In this document: positions 58,685-64,000 of the stretch, in pieces
How the letters are laid out: each line of letters begins with the position of its first letter
Position numbering within the stretch: position 1 is the first letter of the stretch
Source: an uncultured Polyangiaceae bacterium
GTDB taxonomy: Bacteria; Myxococcota_A; Polyangia; Polyangiales; Polyangiaceae
Assembly (NCBI GenBank): GCA_964396375.1
Contig: CAYNEY010000018.1
Span: 38,979 to 102,978 of the forward strand
Length of the DNA: 64,000 nt
Reading direction: 5' to 3'
Notes under the pieces: model-generated
Told to the model about the DNA's origin: nothing
What the model saw: only the letters and a program-made list of their open reading frames with translations
The model's database searches: none
Made by a program: the position numbers and the translations under genes

Positions 58685-59332
58685 TCAGTTGGAGGGAGGT
58701 TCGAGACTGCTCGGCGCCGCCAGCTCTGGCATGTCGGGCGGCACCACTGTCAACCCGGGCTCCCCGACCTCGACACGCGGGCCAAAGCTGCGGAGCTCGG
58801 CTAGTTCCCGCTGAACCTGGCCGGTGGACAGCATCTCGACTTCGACCACGGCAATGCCGACCTTGGGGCAGAAGACGGTGCGCACCGTTGCACCAGAGCC
58901 TCGCTCCACAGTTTCGATACATCCCGCAAAACGGCCAGCAGGCACACTTACGGTCACGCCGGTCCGAGTGATCTCCACTGGACCAGTCTCCCCTGGAAAC
59001 CGCGCGCCGACCAGAAGGGGGGTCTTCAGCAACCAACCGCCCGTCGTAAGCTTTGCCCCTTCCTCGTCTAGCTCGAGTCGACGGATCCTCCCCCCCACAT
59101 CCAACTCCACCGAGTCCTTCCGGGGACTGCGGATCTGGATCACCAAAATCCCTGGTGTGCTGCCCGCAGACCCACGCGTCACGAACGAAAGAACCGTGTC
59201 TGGCTCGAGCGGCAATACCTCACGGATGGTGGAACCCTCATACTCCGAAGCGACCCGCACTGGTGCACTCTGACCGCATGCCATCCCAAGCATCGCCAAA
59301 CTCCACCATCCCCAACATCCCCTAGTGGCCAT
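58685..59332 (-). CDS. hypothetical lipoprotein
   Basis: The internal ATG gives MATRGCWGWWSLAMLGMACGQS with a lipobox. The mature part is beta-rich. I recognise no family. Confidence 0.55.
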   Translation of the reverse strand: MATRGCWGWWSLAMLGMACGQSAPVRVASEYEGSTIREVLPLEPDTVLSFVTRGSAGSTPGILVIQIRSPRKDSVELDVGGRIRRLELDEEGAKLTTGGWLLKTPLLVGARFPGETGPVEITRTGVTVSVPAGRFAGCIETVERGSGATVRTVFCPKVGIAVVEVEMLSTGQVQRELAELRSFGPRVEVGEPGLTVVPPDMPELAAPSSLEPPSN

Positions 59333-59798
59333 GCCCGAGCATACTCCAGAGCGCAACGAACGCGAACAGAGCACAGGCGAGCACGAAAAGGAGTTTGGTG
59401 AGGGGATCGGGGTGAGTGCGTGCCACCAGGTTCTCGGCGAGCGAGCGCAGCTCCGGAGCTGTCGAGCTGGGAAGTGACCGAGTTAGCAAACGTACGGTCC
59501 GATAGTCGCCCCGAGCAAAAGCCTCAACGATGGGTTTTAGCTCAGGTGCCTCGGGATAATCATCCAGAAACTCAGGCCACCCAGGGGGCCGCAAGCGCTC
59601 TTCAGGCACATCAGACTGGGTTTTCGGCTTGCTGTCAGGACCTGATTCCAACTGCGCTGGCCCGTCGAGTTTCTGGGGTGCTTCAGCCTGGAAGCCCACT
59701 GGGGCCTCCGCTTTGGCGTCCTGCTCGAGGGGATGGGCCGGAGAAGGCTCGGGCTCCGTTGGCTTCTCCAGCGCGATGGGATGGTGGGGCTCGTTCAT
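59322..59798 (-). CDS. hypothetical protein, Pro/Glu-rich with a C-terminal transmembrane anchor
   Basis: The ATG at 59798 lies 4 nt after the MBOAT stop. The C-terminal helix is LLFVLACALFAFVALWSML. Confidence 0.5.
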   Translation of the reverse strand: MNEPHHPIALEKPTEPEPSPAHPLEQDAKAEAPVGFQAEAPQKLDGPAQLESGPDSKPKTQSDVPEERLRPPGWPEFLDDYPEAPELKPIVEAFARGDYRTVRLLTRSLPSSTAPELRSLAENLVARTHPDPLTKLLFVLACALFAFVALWSMLGHGH

Positions 59799-59802
59799 GA
59801 CC

Positions 59803-61593
59803 TTAGAATTGGAAGTATACGAAGGGGACGGCATCAGTGCTGGCCATCTTGCGAATCAGGAGTGCGAGTGCGAACAGAATGACGGCCTGAAGAGGCGCAG
59901 AGAGTTCGGTGAAACGCGTCCTTGCCCAACGATCCCAAGCAGTTGGGATAAAATGGAGTAGGAGCCCCGCGCCCAGCGTAAAAAGCACCACAGGCGCCAA
60001 ATTCGGGTGGTGGGTCGACCCGGAGAAAATCCGCGACAGGATCAAGCCGGCCTTGCCGAAACTCTCTGCCCGGAAGAAGACCCACGTAAGACAGACGAAG
60101 TGCAAGGTAAGGATGACCGAGACCACCCGCCGCCAGGGATGACGCGCCGACCACGGCGGGCGATCCCCTCGCCATGATGCAAAGGCGCGCGTTGCGGCCA
60201 ACCCGAGCCCGTGCATCCCACCCCAAACCACGAAGGTCCAGTTGGCTCCGTGCCAGAGCCCTCCGAGGAGCATCGTGAGCATCAAGTTCACGTAGGTACG
60301 GAGGGGGCCACGCCGGTTACCCCCGAGCGAGATATACAGATAGTCGCGCAGCCAGGTCGAGAGTGAGATGTGCCACCGGTGCCAGAAGTCCTGGAGGCTG
60401 GTCGCCTGGTAGGGCGCGTTGAAGTTGTCCGGGAAGCGAATCCCGAGCAGCCGTGCCGAGCCGATGGCAATGTCCGTGTACCCTGAGAAATCACAATAGA
60501 TCTGCAGGGCATACGCCACCACCGCCACATAGTTCTCGAGACCGGAGTACTGATAGGGGGCATCGAAGACCCGGTCCACCAAGTTGGTCGACAGGACGTC
60601 CGAGATCGCCACCTTCTTCACCAGACCGGTCGCGATCAGCAGAAGCCCCTCGCTGGCCTGCTTCGCGTCGAAGCGCGGCATCACCGCCAACTGTGGCAAG
60701 AGATCGCGGGGTCGAATGATCGGTCCCGCCACCAAATGCGGGAAGAATGCCACGAAGCCGAGGTACTCGAGGTAGCTCCGGTGAGGTTTGATGTGTCCCC
60801 GGTACACGTCAATCACGTAGCTCATCGACTCGAAGGTGAAGAAGCTGATCCCAACCGGCAGCGCAATCTCAAGGGTGCGTGGGGCCACCGCGATGCCCAG
60901 CTGCTGGAGCAGGGCCTGCGCCGAATCGATGCCGAAATTGTAATACTTGAAGAAACCAAGCACTCCCAGGTTCACGATTATGGTGACCACCAGCCAGCGC
61001 TTCTTCGTTGTCTGGTTGATCGCGATACCAATCCGCCTTCCGAGCCAGAAGTCCATCGTGGACGAGGCCCAGATCAGCGGAACAAATCGCGGGTCCCAGT
61101 GGGCGTAGAAGACATAGCTGGCAAGAACGAGAAACAGGATCCTCAGCTCGGCACGCCGAAGCAGCCACACCAACCCAGAAGCCACGACGATTAGCACGAC
61201 CAGACGCCACGCATGGGTTTCGGCGTTCGGAAGGCGGAGCGCTCCCAGCGCGAGCGTCACTGGATCGGTCTGCCAGGTGCGATACGTCCAGAAGCTGAGC
61301 AATCCAAGATTGATGGCCACGCCGGCCAGGGCAGCCAGCGGGGTCGGTCGAACCTGCTCGGGCGTGCGCCGCACGATGAGCCAGGTCACGAGCCCACCCA
61401 GCGCCACCAGTCCAAGACCAAGTGGCGTGGCCCCTCCGAAGACAACGGTGGCAGCAAGCGCCAACCACGGCAGCAGGGTGGCTCGCCTCGGATCGGTGAG
61501 ACAGTAGGTCGCGACGAAGGCAACTACGAAGAAGCGGGCGTAGGCGAGGGTGTTGAACAGCACGAGGGGCCTTCGGGCCGGAAAGCCAAGCAT
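59803..61593 (-). CDS. MBOAT family O-acyltransferase (AlgI/DltB/PatA-like)
   Basis: FFPHLVAGPIIRP, NFNAPYQATSLQDFWHRWHISLSTWLRDYLYISLGGNRRG with the conserved His, and LLGGLWHGA. Confidence 0.9.
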   Translation of the reverse strand: MLGFPARRPLVLFNTLAYARFFVVAFVATYCLTDPRRATLLPWLALAATVVFGGATPLGLGLVALGGLVTWLIVRRTPEQVRPTPLAALAGVAINLGLLSFWTYRTWQTDPVTLALGALRLPNAETHAWRLVVLIVVASGLVWLLRRAELRILFLVLASYVFYAHWDPRFVPLIWASSTMDFWLGRRIGIAINQTTKKRWLVVTIIVNLGVLGFFKYYNFGIDSAQALLQQLGIAVAPRTLEIALPVGISFFTFESMSYVIDVYRGHIKPHRSYLEYLGFVAFFPHLVAGPIIRPRDLLPQLAVMPRFDAKQASEGLLLIATGLVKKVAISDVLSTNLVDRVFDAPYQYSGLENYVAVVAYALQIYCDFSGYTDIAIGSARLLGIRFPDNFNAPYQATSLQDFWHRWHISLSTWLRDYLYISLGGNRRGPLRTYVNLMLTMLLGGLWHGANWTFVVWGGMHGLGLAATRAFASWRGDRPPWSARHPWRRVVSVILTLHFVCLTWVFFRAESFGKAGLILSRIFSGSTHHPNLAPVVLFTLGAGLLLHFIPTAWDRWARTRFTELSAPLQAVILFALALLIRKMASTDAVPFVYFQF

Positions 61594-61608
61594 TCCGTCG
61601 CCGTAAGA

Positions 61609-62259
61609 TCAACCAGGAAGCGTGCGAAGGACAGACTCACAACGCCCGACCACCCCCTCGTCAGCCTCGAAACTGAACCAGATCAGCATCATCTCCGCGA
61701 AGTCGACCAAGACGAAGGATGGACCATGGCCGGGCCGTAAGGTTCCGGCGTTGATGATCCAGAGGCCCCCGACGGGCCGGAGCATCGGACGGTGGCTGTG
61801 CCCATTGAGCACGAAGCAAAGTCCCTGATCGGCGCGCAACCGAGCCAACGCTTGGTTCGACTCGACGGCATAGGCTCCATCATCGGGAAGGAGCTTGCTC
61901 ATGTCGTCATCGCCGAAGCCATGGCAGAGCAGGGCGCGTCCCGCCACAGTCGGAAACTCCAAGGTGGTGGAGAGCGCCCCGAGGTAGCGGAGCGTGCGTG
62001 GTTCGCAGTGCTCGGTCGCTCCCTCGAGCCCACGCATTTGTCCAGCCATCAACCAGCGGTCGTGGTTGCCCCGCACCGCATACACCGCGGATTGCTCCAA
62101 GAGGCGAACACAGCGATCCAGATCACCACGCCCGTCTGCGATGTCTCCGACCGAAAGGCAACACTCGGCGCCCGCCGCATCGAGCTCACGCAGCGCGCGT
62201 TCGAGTCGGCGATCCTCCGCATGGATGTCACCGATCACTCCAAGCCGCGCGAATGTCAT
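61609..62259 (-). CDS. metallophosphoesterase (calcineurin-like)
   Basis: The ATG at 62259 overlaps the upstream stop as ATGA. Motifs are VIGDIHAED, VGDIADGRG, RGNHD and NGHSH. Confidence 0.8.
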   Translation of the reverse strand: MTFARLGVIGDIHAEDRRLERALRELDAAGAECCLSVGDIADGRGDLDRCVRLLEQSAVYAVRGNHDRWLMAGQMRGLEGATEHCEPRTLRYLGALSTTLEFPTVAGRALLCHGFGDDDMSKLLPDDGAYAVESNQALARLRADQGLCFVLNGHSHRPMLRPVGGLWIINAGTLRPGHGPSFVLVDFAEMMLIWFSFEADEGVVGRCESVLRTLPG

Positions 62260-62924
62260 GTTGCGACTCGACCGTCGCGCAACGTCACGATCCGATCGCA
62301 ACGCGCCGCCACCTCGGGATTATGGGTCGCAATCACGACGATACTCCCGTGCTCGCGGGCTTGCTCGACGAGCAGTTGGGCAACGCGCTGCCCGTTCTTC
62401 GAGTCGAGCGCACCGGTGGGCTCATCCGCTAGAACCAGCGCCGGCCGATTCACCAGCGCCCGCGCCACACTGCAGCGCTGTCGCTCCCCACCCGAAACGG
62501 CGCTCGGCAAGAACCCCGCTCGATGCAAGAGTCCGCAGCATTCCAAGCATGCGCGCGCCCGCACCCGCCGTTCCGTCTTCTTGAGTGACTGAGACAGAAG
62601 TGGAGCCTCGACGTTCTCCAGCAAGGTCATGCTCGACAGGAGATGGTGAAACTGAAAGATGAATCCCAGTCTCTCGGCCCGAAATCGCGCGGTGTCGGCG
62701 ATCGCCGAGAGCGGCGTTCCATCATACAGTACCTCGCCGGACGTCGGCCGATCCAATCCCCCAAGCAGCTGCAGCAACGTGCTCTTGCCGGAACCGGAGG
62801 GCCCCATCACCGCCACCGCCTCCCCCGAGCGAAACCGCACGTTGACTCGGTCGAGCGCCACCACCTCCGCACCCTTGTACTCGCGAGTCAGATCACGGAG
62901 CCAGATTTCCGTAAGCGTGGTCAT
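62256..62924 (-). CDS. ABC transporter ATP-binding protein (MacB/LolD/FtsE type)
   Basis: Walker A GPSGSGKST, signature VSGGERQR and Walker B LVLADEPTGALD. The start overlaps the permease stop by 4 nt. Confidence 0.9.
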   Translation of the reverse strand: MTTLTEIWLRDLTREYKGAEVVALDRVNVRFRSGEAVAVMGPSGSGKSTLLQLLGGLDRPTSGEVLYDGTPLSAIADTARFRAERLGFIFQFHHLLSSMTLLENVEAPLLSQSLKKTERRVRARACLECCGLLHRAGFLPSAVSGGERQRCSVARALVNRPALVLADEPTGALDSKNGQRVAQLLVEQAREHGSIVVIATHNPEVAARCDRIVTLRDGRVAT

Positions 62925-64000
62925 GACTCGTGGCGCAAGGCAGCGATGGGCGTGGTACGCCAGATCAAGAGCGCCGGGGCGAGCAGTGACGCGGCACCGA
63001 GCCCAAAGATGAGCAAAACCGACTCAGCCATCACCCTGGGTGAGAGTGTGACCGGCAACCACGAGAATCCAGCGGCACGACTCTGATTGAGATACTCGAG
63101 AAAGGCCGCACTGAACCCGAGCCCACACAGGACCCCGAACGAACACAGGATGAGGCCCTCAATCGCCAGCATGGTGAGCAACATGCGCAGTGGCCAGCCG
63201 ATCGTCATCAGGATCCCGATCTCACGCCGCCGCTCGTTGATCGCCATGACCAGAGTGTTCGTCACCACCATGGTCGCTATCAGAAAGGCGATCAGCGACA
63301 AGGCCCGAGTGGCAGCGTCCGTGGACTGAAACACCCGTACGTTGCCGACAAACTCATCAGCCGGTTCAGCAGCAAGACGGGGCAGCGCCTGGGAGATCTT
63401 CTTGGATAAGCTCTTGGCCACCGCACGATCGCGCGCACGGATCAACGCCACACTCACCTCCTTCGGGCGCTCCAACAATTCACTGGCCCGCGCCAAATCC
63501 AGGATCACTCCCCGGTCGAACACGGGAGTGCCGGTCGAGAATAGCCCGGTGATGGTGAAACGCTCTCCACCCAACGACAAAGCAACGCCGGGACCAACCC
63601 CGAGTCGTTCCGCCAGGAGCTGTCCGAGCAGCATGTGTCGCTCCCCCGACTCGAACATCTTCCCGTCGACGAGCCGGAACTGCTGAGCGCGGTCTGCCGT
63701 GGTACCAATCACGGTGACCCGCGGTAACCAGTCGGCCCGAAGACTCCCGAGCAGAAGTGGGGTCACGATTGCGTCGCGACCGACCAGCGCCTGTACCCGA
63801 AGCAGCTCGTCTTCACTCACCCTCGAAGACAGGGGGGAGGACGCTCGCGCGCGGTACACGATCACCTGTGGGCCGTAGCTCTCCACCACATCTCGCAGCT
63901 GAGAGCCAATAGCCTCCGTGATCGATTGGACGGTCACCAGTAGGGCCACGGCAGCCGCCGCTCCGAGCAGCGTGAGGAGTGTGCGCGGAAGACTCCGAGC
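62921..64000 (-). CDS. FtsX-family ABC permease (MacB/LolC/E-like), 5' end outside window
   Basis: The frame stays open to position 64000 (ARSLPRTLLTLLGAAAAVALLVT is the first TM helix), so the GTG start in the track is internal. A periplasmic domain follows, then three C-terminal helices of the FtsX type. Confidence 0.85.
   Translation of the reverse strand, partial: ARSLPRTLLTLLGAAAAVALLVTVQSITEAIGSQLRDVVESYGPQVIVYRARASSPLSSRVSEDELLRVQALVGRDAIVTPLLLGSLRADWLPRVTVIGTTADRAQQFRLVDGKMFESGERHMLLGQLLAERLGVGPGVALSLGGERFTITGLFSTGTPVFDRGVILDLARASELLERPKEVSVALIRARDRAVAKSLSKKISQALPRLAAEPADEFVGNVRVFQSTDAATRALSLIAFLIATMVVTNTLVMAINERRREIGILMTIGWPLRMLLTMLAIEGLILCSFGVLCGLGFSAAFLEYLNQSRAAGFSWLPVTLSPRVMAESVLLIFGLGAASLLAPALLIWRTTPIAALRHES

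Overview
Visibly GC-rich, GC3-biased chromosomal segment, almost certainly from a myxobacterium (Myxococcota). The evidence for that is two proteins ending in MYXO-CTERM-type tails (GCGC/Cys, a hydrophobic helix, then an Arg cluster), many lipoproteins, and a multidomain Ser/Thr kinase. The window is densely coding, with about 50 genes. I found no rRNA, tRNA, CRISPR array, transposase, integrase or phage gene. Housekeeping anchors are dnaA (with one perfect DnaA box just upstream), a grpE-dnaK pair, groES-groEL behind a CIRCE operator, tsaE, coaD, fba, ilvE and an aminotransferase. The accessory content is mostly envelope and glycan metabolism: GH13, GH130, GH3 and GH31 enzymes; galK-galT convergent on a second Leloir-like trio (GalT-like, plant-ARA1-like GHMP kinase, GalE); and a CBM-like lipoprotein. 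It also includes a CotH/SPFH/SPFH/M14 run, a rhodanese/MauE/PAP2 operon, two ABC exporter half-transporters, and a MacB/Lol-like ABC run with a phosphoesterase and an MBOAT. The points most worth a second look are: (1) the second kinase/uridylyltransferase/epimerase module, possibly a Leloir-type route for L-arabinose or another non-galactose sugar; (2) a ~1500-aa P-type ATPase whose N-terminal ~630 residues look like a catalytically dead P1B ATPase fused to an intact P2-type pump; (3) a compact cluster of near-perfect stem-loops sharing TAGAGCG termini in the long cotH-fba spacer; (4) a His/Cys/Gly/Glu-rich metal-binding-like cassette inside a HEAT-repeat protein; and (5) a dnaA locus lacking dnaN/recF/gyrB and lacking an obvious DnaA-box cluster. 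All functional calls come from reading motifs by eye. No database search was run.
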